Positions 28,879 to 38,854 of a DNA stretch of 64,000 nt are shown here, one piece after another. The stretch is taken from IMG/VR virus record IMGVR_UViG_3300021425_000027, positions 5,363 to 69,362 of that record; one strand, given 5' to 3'. Below the pieces are notes generated by a model that was given only the letters and a program-made list of their open reading frames with translations, was not told the origin of the DNA and did no database searches. A program made the translations under genes and the position numbers. Origin of the DNA: a virus. How positions within the stretch are numbered: position 1 is the stretch's first letter; each line of letters starts with the position of its first letter.

Positions 28879-28897
28879 CTATAAATAAATTCAATGG

Positions 28898-29887
28898 ATG
28901 AGTGCCTATAATCAAGAATACAATAAAGATAATACAATATTAAGATACTTAGTAGTATCTATGTTAGCTGAACTAAGTAATAAAGTTTATTACTATAATC
29001 AAACCGATGAAAGTACTCTTACTAAGATTGAGGTACCTTTTTTCTATTCTATTTCTGGAAATGAGAGATTTCTTTTAGATAATTTTATGTTTGATGCCGA
29101 GGCTGCTGGTAAAGCCATCGGCGATTATGAAGTGGTGCCTCGTGGTATATTGCAAATGAATTCTATGTCAATTGATTCAAATGCTCAAACTAACAAGTTT
29201 ACCAGAGCAGAATTTGTAAGAGAGTGGGAAGGTGTTTTAAAAACATTTTCTTTGGAAACAAATTTTCTTCCTATAACAATGGGATTCAGTGTAACACTTA
29301 TTTGTTCAAACAATTTAGAAATGTTAAAAATTACTGAAGCTGTTATGAGCAAGCTTTATAAAGGAACTCTTTTTAGTTGCGATTTAGGAATGATGCGAGT
29401 CCAGGCAAGCATGTCAGTACCAGAAGATTACTCACAGGATAGGTTATTTGAATGGGGTCTTAATGATAAAAAAGAATTCCAGGTTACTTTTGATATGGAA
29501 TTAAATTCTTTTATGCCTGTTTTTGAAAGTGGCATATTACTTCCTGAAATAGATTTTATAACTAAAGAAGCAATAAAGAATAACCCGGATGCAAATGGCG
29601 TTGGACAATTTAGATGTGGTGCCGATGGTACTATAGGAATATACTTTGGTGGTGTATTCCAAAAATTTGTATTTACCGATGAAAATATTATTAAGGCGCC
29701 TGATCAATCGTTACAAAGCAATTTATCATATACAGATCCTAACAGTAAACAAACCGGTGGACCTTATGATGTTAGGGAAATAGATTCTTCTGAAAAAGAA
29801 AAAGAAAGTGAATCAAGTAAAAGCTACAGAAATGCTAATGCTAGAATTAATCCAGATAATTCAGGATTAGGTTCAGTAGATAATTAA
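28898..29887 (+). CDS. Tail terminator / sheath stabiliser (gp15-like)
   Basis: Gp15-like layout: ILRYLVV...L, IEVPFFYS, VPRG and LPITMGFSVTL....LEMLKI.E. Confidence 0.55.
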   Translation: MSAYNQEYNKDNTILRYLVVSMLAELSNKVYYYNQTDESTLTKIEVPFFYSISGNERFLLDNFMFDAEAAGKAIGDYEVVPRGILQMNSMSIDSNAQTNKFTRAEFVREWEGVLKTFSLETNFLPITMGFSVTLICSNNLEMLKITEAVMSKLYKGTLFSCDLGMMRVQASMSVPEDYSQDRLFEWGLNDKKEFQVTFDMELNSFMPVFESGILLPEIDFITKEAIKNNPDANGVGQFRCGADGTIGIYFGGVFQKFVFTDENIIKAPDQSLQSNLSYTDPNSKQTGGPYDVREIDSSEKEKESESSKSYRNANARINPDNSGLGSVDN

Positions 29888-29900
29888 CTCTAAGATCTTG

Positions 29901-29910
29901 AATATATAAA
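29901..29910 (+). promoter_or_regulatory. Late-type promoter AATATATAAA
   Basis: Repeated motif upstream of structural genes. Confidence 0.6.
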
Positions 29911-29929
29911 ACAAATCAAATTCTATAAT

Positions 29930-31903
29930 ATGGAAAAAGTTATTAAAGAAGGGCAAACACAGGTATATGTTGATGGTGCAATAGAGCGCCAAGCTGGGGT
30001 TAATACTGATGCACCTTACCTTAATGCACCTAATCAACAGTTAATTGATATTGTTGGTGTTTTATTTTCGCAAAGCGGAAAGACTAAATTAGATGGCAAA
30101 AATGGTAAAGTAGTTGAAAGCGGTCCAATGACCGATTCACAAGTATTAGCAGTATTAGTTGGTATGGGCATACCTCAACAATTAGGTATGAGTGCTATTA
30201 ATGCCTTTAAAGGAAATCAAACTGAAATCACAGAAAACAATAATAAACAAAAAAATCATAACAAAATGAAATTTACACTTGCCGAACTGCATGAAAATGT
30301 TATGAGGAGTATTGAAGCATTAACAAAAATGGACTCTGATAAATCTAGAGTTTCTTATACTGCTAAAAATGCCCTTAACATTTTAGAAGAATCTCTCAAG
30401 GCATTTCCTATGAGATTCAAAAATGAAGAAACTGAAGTAATCAGCGAAGAAATTGAAAACAGTGTTAACCCTATGCTTAAGTTTAGCATTGCAAAACAAC
30501 TCCATAGAGACTTAGCTTCTTCTGATTGGTTAAATCCTATTAAAGAATTAAGAACATACATTGCAGGTTCTTATGTTGATACTAAATGGTCATTCAGAAT
30601 ATCTGAGGCAATTGAAAGAACAAAAACCCAAAGAGGTAAGCTGTATGAAGGTTTAGTAAATGATTTGGAAGGTTTGTTAAGCGAATCTTCTGATTCTATT
30701 AAAGGTAAGTTTTCGGCAATTGCCGCTAAAAATCCATGGTCATTAGATTGTAAGGCAATTCTTAATGAAATGAAAAATGAAGAAAACAAAGCTACTTCAA
30801 ATGGAAGTGGAAATATTTCTACAGTTCTTTCACCAGTATTGGAATCAGAGAATGGTTTAACCTTTCACCTTCATGGAAAAAATTATAACTTTGATGGAAA
30901 AACAATCACTGAAGCTGAAGTTAAAGATTCAAGATTCTTTGATGTATTGGAAGGTTTAGGAATGTTTAAAAACATGAACGGTACATTAGTTACTTTCGGT
31001 GAAGGTAATAACAAAACATTAGAATACAACTTATCTGAAGGTACTTTAAAATTAGGAGAAACTGATTTAACAAATGTAAGTATTATTGAACTGAAAGAAT
31101 CTTTAATGGCTCTTAATTTCTTTGGTTATAGAAACCAGTGGAAAATTGATAATGTATGTAAGTTCTTTGAATCTGTTGATCTTCTCGCTGAAATGGATAA
31201 TTTTACAAATATTACCTCAACTGAATTTACAAATTTATTCTTAACCATGATTGGTGTACAGGAAGGTATCTATGTAAACAAGGTTAATTCTGCTATGCGT
31301 GTTAATGAAATGGTATTTGTACCTTCTGCAACTGAAGCTGTTAAATTAGTAAAGGAATTCATTAATTATGATGCTTCTCCGATTTTATCAGAAAGATTAA
31401 TTGCTGAAAATGATGAAGCCGCTAAGATTGAAAAAACAAGATCTGATATTTCTGATAGAATAACATTCTTGGAAGAAAAGAAAGCTAAAGTTAAAGAAGC
31501 TATTAATAAGCTTGGTGAAACTGAAGAACTTACTGAAGCCATGAATTTATTAGAAGAAGAAATTTCTAAGTTTGAAAAATCTTTACAAGAAACTTATGAC
31601 AGAGTTGTATTAGGTGGAAATAAAGGTGATAAATCTAAAACTCACGATGGAGAAGATTATGAGGATGAAGATGAAAAGGACGAATCAGTAACAGAAAAAA
31701 AAAGTCGTAACGATTATTTAAACGACGGTTTTGTAGAAGCTGAAATCAATAAAAATGGAAATGGTCTTAAAAAAGGTCAAGAAGTTATGGTAAGCGCTGA
31801 GGACTATACTGCTATGGGTGATAACGACCAATTGGAATGTATTAATCCTAAAACTGGAAAAAGTACAATTTGCCCTAAGAGCCAACTTAACGTTAAAATC
31901 TAA
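29930..31903 (+). CDS. Large acidic virion/prohead-associated protein of unknown function
   Basis: Late promoter, a coiled coil and many (I/L/V)-x-E sites resembling gp21 cleavage sites. Confidence 0.6.
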   Translation: MEKVIKEGQTQVYVDGAIERQAGVNTDAPYLNAPNQQLIDIVGVLFSQSGKTKLDGKNGKVVESGPMTDSQVLAVLVGMGIPQQLGMSAINAFKGNQTEITENNNKQKNHNKMKFTLAELHENVMRSIEALTKMDSDKSRVSYTAKNALNILEESLKAFPMRFKNEETEVISEEIENSVNPMLKFSIAKQLHRDLASSDWLNPIKELRTYIAGSYVDTKWSFRISEAIERTKTQRGKLYEGLVNDLEGLLSESSDSIKGKFSAIAAKNPWSLDCKAILNEMKNEENKATSNGSGNISTVLSPVLESENGLTFHLHGKNYNFDGKTITEAEVKDSRFFDVLEGLGMFKNMNGTLVTFGEGNNKTLEYNLSEGTLKLGETDLTNVSIIELKESLMALNFFGYRNQWKIDNVCKFFESVDLLAEMDNFTNITSTEFTNLFLTMIGVQEGIYVNKVNSAMRVNEMVFVPSATEAVKLVKEFINYDASPILSERLIAENDEAAKIEKTRSDISDRITFLEEKKAKVKEAINKLGETEELTEAMNLLEEEISKFEKSLQETYDRVVLGGNKGDKSKTHDGEDYEDEDEKDESVTEKKSRNDYLNDGFVEAEINKNGNGLKKGQEVMVSAEDYTAMGDNDQLECINPKTGKSTICPKSQLNVKI

Positions 31904-31921
31904 AAACACCTCACTAAATAG

Positions 31922-31958
31922 AAAAGCCGGTAGTAATTATAAACTATCGGCTTTTTTT
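31922..31958 (+). terminator. Rho-independent terminator overlapping a class B promoter (31941-31966)
   Basis: aaaagccggtagt / actatcggctttttt. AAAC-N16-ATATAA begins within the hairpin. Confidence 0.7.
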
Positions 31959-31982
31959 GTATATAATAAATAAATATATTGC

Positions 31983-32348
31983 ATGGCAAGAAAGAGAAAT
32001 TATCTAAATAATAGGGATCTATTAGAAGAAATAAAGAAATCTAAAGAATTAGATGAATTAACACCAAAGGCATTAGAATTTTTAATGCTACTAGCAGATA
32101 AATGTTCTAGAAAATTATCATACGCAAACCCGGATGATAGAAATGATTGTATAGCATATGCCTATATGGATCTTTATAGATATTGGAGAAATTTTAATCC
32201 AGAAAAAAGCACAAATGCTTTTGCTTATTTTACTGAAATAGCAAAAAGAGGTTTTGCAAAAGGGTGGAATAAACTCCATCCTAAAAAATATTCAGGAACT
32301 GTTTCTATAAATGGTAGTGCAGACAGTGACGGAATATACACAATATAA
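31983..32348 (+). CDS. Late transcription sigma factor (gp55-like)
   Basis: NYLNNRDLL, FLMLLADKCS..LSY and NFNPEKSTNAFAYFTEI. Confidence 0.85.
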   Translation: MARKRNYLNNRDLLEEIKKSKELDELTPKALEFLMLLADKCSRKLSYANPDDRNDCIAYAYMDLYRYWRNFNPEKSTNAFAYFTEIAKRGFAKGWNKLHPKKYSGTVSINGSADSDGIYTI

Positions 32349-32349
32349 A

Positions 32350-32826
32350 ATGAGTATTAAAAAGGTAAAACCAACTTTTAAGTCCGGGTTTAAGCAAGGT
32401 TATTATAAACCTCATAATCCTAAAAAGTATATTGGCCCTGGGCCAATCATATATAGAAGTAGCTGGGAAAGAAAGTTTTGCCATTGGTGTGATCATAATG
32501 AGGAAGTGATTAATTGGATATCTGAACCTTTTTCAATAAAGTATTTCAATATGCTTGATAAAAAGTTTCATAATTATTACCCTGACTTTTATGTTAAAAT
32601 GGATAAAGATGGTATATTAGAAGAATATGTTGTTGAAATAAAACCTAAAGCACAATTACAAAAGCCTAAACCGCCTAAAAGAAAAACTGCAAAAGCTCTG
32701 AAAAATTTTCAGCATGGTTATGAGACCTATGTTAGAAACCTATGTAAAACCGAGGCATTGAATAAAATGGCAAAACAGAGAAATTTTAAAGTAATGCTTT
32801 TAACCGAAGACTCTAAATTATTTTAA
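32350..32826 (+). CDS. Head completion nuclease (gp4-like, TnsA fold)
   Basis: GYYKPHNPKKY.G, IYRSSWE..FC.WCD, W.SEP, YYPDF and EIKP..Q. Confidence 0.88.
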   Translation: MSIKKVKPTFKSGFKQGYYKPHNPKKYIGPGPIIYRSSWERKFCHWCDHNEEVINWISEPFSIKYFNMLDKKFHNYYPDFYVKMDKDGILEEYVVEIKPKAQLQKPKPPKRKTAKALKNFQHGYETYVRNLCKTEALNKMAKQRNFKVMLLTEDSKLF

Positions 32827-33401
32827 TGGCAATAGTAGGATCATTTAAAGAAGACTTAGATATTTACCTTGCAGATGGCAAAGGAAGAAGTGGTGCATCT
32901 AAACAATCCGACGCGGATTTAAAAATCATAGGTAGCAAAGCTAAAGGAGAATTAGAAAATGGTAAAATGTATTCTTTTGAATATTTTACTCCTGATGAAA
33001 CTTTTTATGATACATATCCAATCGTATTAGGTTTAGGGAAAAGTATTGATAATCATCAATTGGGCCTTAACTTACATTACATTCCTTATGAGGCTAGGAT
33101 ACCTTTTCTTTCCGATGTTTTTAGATCTTTTCAAAATATCATATTAAAACAAATTAATCGTTCACCAGGTAATCCTATACAACAATCAAGATTATCTGAA
33201 TTTACTTATGATAATTTAAAAAAATCTTTAGGTAGAAAATATAACATAACTTATGCTGTTCGTCAATATAGAATAGATAGAATTAGAAAACCAAGAATGC
33301 TAGGATATGAAGATTGGTATATAGGTGCTGTCAATAATCAAAATCATTTCTTTGGCGGTAACATAAACGAAGCACAAGCATTATATTACAAGAATATATA
33401 A
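32826..33401 (+). CDS. DNA end protector (gp2-like)
   Basis: GKMYSFEY, YDTYPIVL, GLNLHYIP...R and AVRQY. Confidence 0.75.
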   Translation: MAIVGSFKEDLDIYLADGKGRSGASKQSDADLKIIGSKAKGELENGKMYSFEYFTPDETFYDTYPIVLGLGKSIDNHQLGLNLHYIPYEARIPFLSDVFRSFQNIILKQINRSPGNPIQQSRLSEFTYDNLKKSLGRKYNITYAVRQYRIDRIRKPRMLGYEDWYIGAVNNQNHFFGGNINEAQALYYKNI

Positions 33402-33402
33402 A
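33393..33402 (+). promoter_or_regulatory. Late-type promoter AATATATAAA
   Basis: Upstream of the portal gene. Confidence 0.6.
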
Positions 33403-33421
33403 CAATAAAAGATAAAACAAT

Positions 33422-35071
33422 ATGGCAGGTTTTACTGATAGAAGAGGACCCTTAAGTACAGGTAATCCAGTTAGAAAAATTTTAAAGGATCTTTCTAATT
33501 TAGGAATGGCATATGATGATATGATCATTCGTAATTCTCGTGCAGTTGGTTTTACTGAAAATCAAATGGGTTATACGTTTAACCCAATGGGCTCTGATTC
33601 TGATGATATGTACAGCGCATTTGCTGCATTATCTTTAACGGATACCACGATGAAAAAGAACATCTCTATTTTTGATAGAGATTATGAAAGAAAGAGAGAC
33701 CAGCTTAGGGAATATGCAGTACAAGATGAAATAGAAGATATCTTAGATGTAATTACCGATGAAGCAATTGTATTTGATGAAAGTAACTACATGGCATATT
33801 CTGACTTTCACGGTCACATAGCATCATCAATAGAAGATGAAATAGGTGATGTATACAATAATTTATACAATTACTTTGGGTTTAATGATTCTATCTCCCC
33901 TTGGAATTATTTCAGAAAATGGTTAGTAGATGGATTCTTGGCATTTGAAATAGTATATAATGATAAACAAACGGAGATTATTGGGTTTAAAGAATTGGAC
34001 CCTATTTCCTTAATGCCTGGTATTGACACTGACACTGGAAAAAAGCAATGGGTTCAATATAAAGGCCAAGGTGCTAAGGAAAGAAAATTATGGGATTCAC
34101 AAATTATATACCTTTCCTATTCTTCGATTAATTCACCAATGAGAATATCATATGTTGAAAGATTAATAAGATCATTTAACCTTTTAAGAATCATGGAGAC
34201 TACCAGAATTATTTGGGCCGTTTCTAATGCTTCATTTAAAACCCAGTTTATTATACCTGTTGGCGGTAAATCCAAAACTAGAGCAAAGCAATCTCTTGCA
34301 CAGTTAATGAATTCATATAGAGAGGTTGTCGATTTTAATCAAGAAAGTGGTGAAATTGTAACTAACGGAAAACCAATGATGCCATTCAATAAAGAATACT
34401 GGTTACCTTCAAAGGATGGAGAAAGTCCTGAAATTAGTACAATTGGTGGAGATGGACCTGATCTAGGTGATACTGAATCTTTAAAGTATTTTGCTGATAG
34501 ATTAAAAATGGCTTCTAAAATTCCTTTCTCAAGATTTGATAAAGAAGGTGGAAATACTTATGATATGGATGCTAGTGGAATGTTAAGAGATGAGATTAAA
34601 TTTTCTAAATTCATTGACCGTCTTAGATCTATATTTCAGGAAATACTTGTTAAACCAATGTATCTTCAAATGTGCCTTAACCACCCGGAACTAAAAAATG
34701 ACGTTTCTTTTAAATCTGGATTAGGACTTAATTTTGTTAAGGATAATGTATTTGAGGAAATGAAAGAAATGGAATTACAAACAAAGCGTGTAGATTTTAT
34801 TGGTAACCTTAAAACTCAATTGAGTACGATGACCGCAGAAATGGAGGAAATTCCATACTTCGATTTAGGATTCCTTGTTAAGAGATACGGTGGCTTTACT
34901 CGAGAAGATTTAAAGGCTAATGCCAGAGCTAAAGAAAGAGCCGATTTAGAGAAAGAAGGTTATAAAGAAGAGGATGTTGAAAAGATCCTTTTAGGCGCCG
35001 ATAAGGCAGATTTTAAACCTGAAAAGAAAGATGATGGGATAGATGAAGATCCCTTAGCAGGATTCGGTTAA
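33422..35071 (+). CDS. Portal protein (gp20-like)
   Basis: EIEDILDVITDEAIV, FRKWLVDG, FNLLRIME, YWLP...G..EISTIGG, KIPFSR and RDEIKFSKFIDRLR. Confidence 0.93.
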   Translation: MAGFTDRRGPLSTGNPVRKILKDLSNLGMAYDDMIIRNSRAVGFTENQMGYTFNPMGSDSDDMYSAFAALSLTDTTMKKNISIFDRDYERKRDQLREYAVQDEIEDILDVITDEAIVFDESNYMAYSDFHGHIASSIEDEIGDVYNNLYNYFGFNDSISPWNYFRKWLVDGFLAFEIVYNDKQTEIIGFKELDPISLMPGIDTDTGKKQWVQYKGQGAKERKLWDSQIIYLSYSSINSPMRISYVERLIRSFNLLRIMETTRIIWAVSNASFKTQFIIPVGGKSKTRAKQSLAQLMNSYREVVDFNQESGEIVTNGKPMMPFNKEYWLPSKDGESPEISTIGGDGPDLGDTESLKYFADRLKMASKIPFSRFDKEGGNTYDMDASGMLRDEIKFSKFIDRLRSIFQEILVKPMYLQMCLNHPELKNDVSFKSGLGLNFVKDNVFEEMKEMELQTKRVDFIGNLKTQLSTMTAEMEEIPYFDLGFLVKRYGGFTREDLKANARAKERADLEKEGYKEEDVEKILLGADKADFKPEKKDDGIDEDPLAGFG

Positions 35072-35089
35072 AAAGTTTACAAAGATTGT

Positions 35090-35099
35090 AATATATAAA
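35090..35099 (+). promoter_or_regulatory. Late-type promoter AATATATAAA
   Basis: Upstream of the protease/scaffold-major capsid operon. Confidence 0.6.
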
Positions 35100-35117
35100 T
35101 CAAATAACTAATAGAAA

Positions 35118-36926
35118 ATGTCAGGAAAAAGATTATTGATTCTTGAAAGACAGAAATCAAACCTAGATATAACCACTGGAGACGACGGTTCAGTTGTGTT
35201 AGAAGGTGTATTCACTGAGTTTGATGTTCGTAACAAGAATAACAGAATTTATGAGGAGAAGGAAGTAATGCCTCATATCAATGAATTGCAAGAAAAAGTT
35301 AAGACCAATAAACTTTTAGGTGAATTAGATCATCCTAAAGATTTTGATGTTAGTTTGGCTAACGTCTCCCACGTTGTTGAATCTTTAGATTATGATAAAG
35401 ATAAGAAGCAGGTTATTGGTAAGATTAGATTATTAAATACGTCTAAAGGTAAAGAGGCCCAGGCTCTGATTAAAGATGGCATTCCATTGCATATTTCAAG
35501 TAGAGCTGCCGGTACAGTAGATGAGAACGGTAAAGTTAAAATCAAAAAGTTTTTCACTTATGACTTGGTTGCAGATCCTGGCTTTGAAAATGCCGAGTTA
35601 TCAAGAGTAAACGAATCTTTTGGTTTAAGTGACGATGACGGTATATTAATCTATGAAATGGAAGAAAATGAAGAAACTAAAAATAACACCAATAATAAAA
35701 AAGATTTAACGATGGAAAATAATAATTTCGTAACTGTTGAAGATTTTCAAAAATATACTGAATATGTATCTGGAGTTCTAAGTAATGTTAAAGAATCTAC
35801 TAATTCTAACAATGATGAGGTAATCGAAAAACTTATTAAGTATTCTGAGCATATTGCAGAAAAGGTAAATCAGGTTACTGATTATGCTGAATATTTATCA
35901 GAAAATCTAGATAAAAACATTTCATACTCTGATTACTTAGCAGAGAATGTAAATTCAATTAAAGACTATGCGTCTTACTTAGCTGAAGAACTTGATGGAA
36001 GTATTCAATATGCTGAGCATGTAGCTGAAATGGCTGACAAGGGAATTCAATATTCTAACTATGTTGCTGAAAACGTAGAAAAGAGTATTGAATATTCTGA
36101 ATATGTTGCCGAGAAAGTTGATCAAAACATTGCTTATTCTGAGTACCTTGGAGAAAATGTAGATAAGAGTATTAAGTACGCTGAATACATTGCAGAAAAT
36201 GTAAATTCTGTTGAAGGCGAATCCATTAATGAAGGAATGTACAACGAAGGTAAAATGCCATCAATGAAAGAAATGCAAGAAATGGTCGATGAAGGAATGA
36301 AATTCGAACAAATTTGCGAAAAGTATCCAGACTGTGATAAGAACAGAATGAAGGAAATGTTTGAAGCTTGTGGTAAAAAACATGAAGCTAAGAGTTCTGA
36401 GGACTATAAAGAATCTATAGAGGAAAAATTAAATAAGCTTATTTCTGCTGCCGAGACTAAAAATGTATCTGAAATGCATTTTATGAATTTCCTAGGAGAA
36501 TCGAAAAAGAACGAATTTAATTCTTTGTCTGAAGATAAGCAAGCTATGATTGTAGAATCAATGAATGCTCAACCTATTATGTCAACAGTCCAGGCTGAAA
36601 ACATTTGGGAATCTAATTTTATTGAAAAGAAAAGAAAATTAAATGTAGTTTCAGATATGCCTGAAAAGTTCCGTGCAAAATGGGATAACTTATCTGAGGC
36701 TCGCCAAGCCCAAATTATCGCGGAATCTAAATTCCACCCTGTAAATAATCAATACGGAATTAATAACTTCTGGTCAACACGAGATCTTAGAGATACTCAG
36801 ATTGTAACAGAATCAATTAATGAAAGTAAAACTGCTGCTGAGTCTGCAACTAAGAAGGAGCCATTAGTAAATGAATCTTTTGCTGCCGATCTTATCAGTA
36901 AGGTTAAATTTAATCTAGGGAAATAA
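35118..36926 (+). CDS. Prohead protease (gp21-like) fused to a scaffold/core domain
   Basis: LEGVF, NKNNRIY, LGELDHP, VSH, ISSRAAG and YDLVADPGF in the first ~170 aa, followed by an acidic repetitive scaffold. Confidence 0.9.
   Translation: MSGKRLLILERQKSNLDITTGDDGSVVLEGVFTEFDVRNKNNRIYEEKEVMPHINELQEKVKTNKLLGELDHPKDFDVSLANVSHVVESLDYDKDKKQVIGKIRLLNTSKGKEAQALIKDGIPLHISSRAAGTVDENGKVKIKKFFTYDLVADPGFENAELSRVNESFGLSDDDGILIYEMEENEETKNNTNNKKDLTMENNNFVTVEDFQKYTEYVSGVLSNVKESTNSNNDEVIEKLIKYSEHIAEKVNQVTDYAEYLSENLDKNISYSDYLAENVNSIKDYASYLAEELDGSIQYAEHVAEMADKGIQYSNYVAENVEKSIEYSEYVAEKVDQNIAYSEYLGENVDKSIKYAEYIAENVNSVEGESINEGMYNEGKMPSMKEMQEMVDEGMKFEQICEKYPDCDKNRMKEMFEACGKKHEAKSSEDYKESIEEKLNKLISAAETKNVSEMHFMNFLGESKKNEFNSLSEDKQAMIVESMNAQPIMSTVQAENIWESNFIEKKRKLNVVSDMPEKFRAKWDNLSEARQAQIIAESKFHPVNNQYGINNFWSTRDLRDTQIVTESINESKTAAESATKKEPLVNESFAADLISKVKFNLGK
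35841..36218 (+). repeat. Nine tandem 42-nt (14-aa) repeats, consensus Y(S/A)EY(L/V/I)AE(N/K)(V/L)DKxIx
   Basis: YSEHIAEKVNQVTD, YAEYLSENLDKNIS, YSDYLAENVNSIKD and so on to YAEYIAENVNSVEG. Confidence 0.85.
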
Positions 36927-37005
36927 AAAGAAATTCAATCTTATAGTTAAGAAGAAAAGGACTAAAGATAGATTATATAAAAAGTGCAAAAAAATAAAAA
37001 CAAAA

Positions 37006-38760
37006 ATGTACGCAAATCAATTAATTAACGAGTCCGAGGTTCAAAAGACCTGGGGACCTATCATTGAGGAGGCTACTGGTATCACTGAAAAGGCCAAGTT
37101 ATCTTGGATGTCTAAGTACTGCCATTACCATAACCTTAATGAAAGTGTATACAATACTGTACACTTAAATCCTAACATGAATGTTCAAGGTATGAACGCA
37201 GTGGAATTCCCAAGCGATCCTACTACTATGAACAACTTCAACAACGGAATGACATCTGGTTCAGGTGATAGACCATTCTCTTTGTTGCCACTTGCTATGC
37301 AGGTTGCTGCTCAGACTGTAGGTTTAGACTTAGTTCCTGTTGTACCAATGCAAGGCCCTATGGGAGTTCTTACTTACTTAGACTTTGTATATGGTGGAGG
37401 TAGAGTAACAGATGCTGGTGGTAAAGTTACCGATTCTGCTCCTTTATTAATCAAAGCTCCTTTAACTATGGCTTCTGGTTCTACTGCTTTGGCTGTGAAT
37501 GATCTCGTTTACGCTGCCTCAGCTGCTCAGACTGGTACTGCCGGTGCATCTTACGAATTAACTTTCGTTGGTAAGTCTAGAATTGACGGTTACTCAATCT
37601 TCCGTGTAAGAGGTAACGGTACTGCAGATCCTACCACGGCTGGTTCTTTCGCACAAGGTGAAGAAGGTTATGAAGCTATTTATGAAGCTGTTGCAAATGG
37701 TGTAGATTTCTATGATGCTGCTCAAGCTCAAGCTGGTGATGTCGTAGGTACCTTTGATGGTTCTGCTGAGTATGTTAAAGCTTTAGAAGATCACATTCCA
37801 GGTTTCTCTGGTAATGCTTTTGAAGATAACAACCCTCTTAACGCTGCTCCAACCTTTACTAATGAATCTATTGATGGAACTGATCCTTACCAAAGAGGTG
37901 TAGGTGAAGCCACTCCGGATAACATTATGGGATTAAGCTTGTTTAACAAGTCAGTTGCTGCTAAGACTTACCAAGTTGCTGCTGCTGTGACCAGAGAGCA
38001 AGTTCAAGATCTCAAGCAATTCGGAATTGATGCAGTTGCTCAAGTAGAAGCTGTATTGGTTAATGAGTTAACTCAGTCAATCAATAAATACATCTTGGAT
38101 AGAATCTTCAGAAATGGAGCTCAAAATTCAAATAATGTAAACGCTGTTGATGGATTGAACTTATCTATTTACTTAGGTAATGCTGCTGACGCTGCTACTG
38201 CTACTGTAAACTTAGGTCCAGGTAATGGAACTAACACTAACGTAACTTATACATTGAATAAGACGTTGGTAGGAACAGGTGGAGAAACTCAAGGATCATT
38301 ACAACGTAGATTGTATACTAAGATTCTTGCTGCTTCTAACTTGATCGCAACAAGAGGTCGTAGAGGTCCTGCTACCTTCGCAGTATGTTCTGGAGAAATT
38401 GCTACGGCACTTCAGGATATCGCAGGTTTCGTACCTTACCCACTATCAAATACAATCAACCAAGCTGGTGGATCTTTATATCCAATCGGTGCTTTGGCTG
38501 GTGTAACTATTTATGTTGATCCAAACATGGCTTGGACTGACTATAGAGTTGCTGTAGGTAGAAAAGGTGATGGTAATTCTCCTGGTTTGGTATTCATGCC
38601 TTACTTAATGGCTGAATCTGTTGAAACAATCGCAGAAGGAACTATGGCTCCTAAAATCGCGGTTAAATCTAGATTCACTTTAGTAGACGCTGGATTCCAC
38701 CCAGAAACTATGTACTACACTGTAGGATTTGCATTCGGTTCTTCTGTATCGATCATCTAA
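37006..38760 (+). CDS. Major capsid protein (gp23-like)
   Basis: DLVPVVPMQGPMG, VAAKT..V....TREQVQDLK..GIDA, L.NELTQSINK, G...MPY and PKIAVKSR, with strong high-expression codon bias. Confidence 0.92.
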   Translation: MYANQLINESEVQKTWGPIIEEATGITEKAKLSWMSKYCHYHNLNESVYNTVHLNPNMNVQGMNAVEFPSDPTTMNNFNNGMTSGSGDRPFSLLPLAMQVAAQTVGLDLVPVVPMQGPMGVLTYLDFVYGGGRVTDAGGKVTDSAPLLIKAPLTMASGSTALAVNDLVYAASAAQTGTAGASYELTFVGKSRIDGYSIFRVRGNGTADPTTAGSFAQGEEGYEAIYEAVANGVDFYDAAQAQAGDVVGTFDGSAEYVKALEDHIPGFSGNAFEDNNPLNAAPTFTNESIDGTDPYQRGVGEATPDNIMGLSLFNKSVAAKTYQVAAAVTREQVQDLKQFGIDAVAQVEAVLVNELTQSINKYILDRIFRNGAQNSNNVNAVDGLNLSIYLGNAADAATATVNLGPGNGTNTNVTYTLNKTLVGTGGETQGSLQRRLYTKILAASNLIATRGRRGPATFAVCSGEIATALQDIAGFVPYPLSNTINQAGGSLYPIGALAGVTIYVDPNMAWTDYRVAVGRKGDGNSPGLVFMPYLMAESVETIAEGTMAPKIAVKSRFTLVDAGFHPETMYYTVGFAFGSSVSII

Positions 38761-38782
38761 TTCTAATTAGGTATATAACTTT

Positions 38783-38820
38783 AAGAAAGGTTCGCCGAAA
38801 GGCGGACCTTTTTTGTTTTT
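38783..38820 (+). terminator. Rho-independent terminator after the major capsid gene
   Basis: aaaggttcgcc-gaaa-ggcggacctttttt (GNRA loop). Confidence 0.85.
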
Positions 38821-38854
38821 AAGTATCTTAATATATAAAAAAATAAAATTAGAT

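Noticed and set aside
35841-36218. 42-nt periodic repeats that might suggest a CRISPR array
   Set aside because: The repeats are degenerate at synonymous positions, in frame, and lack unique spacers; they are protein repeats.
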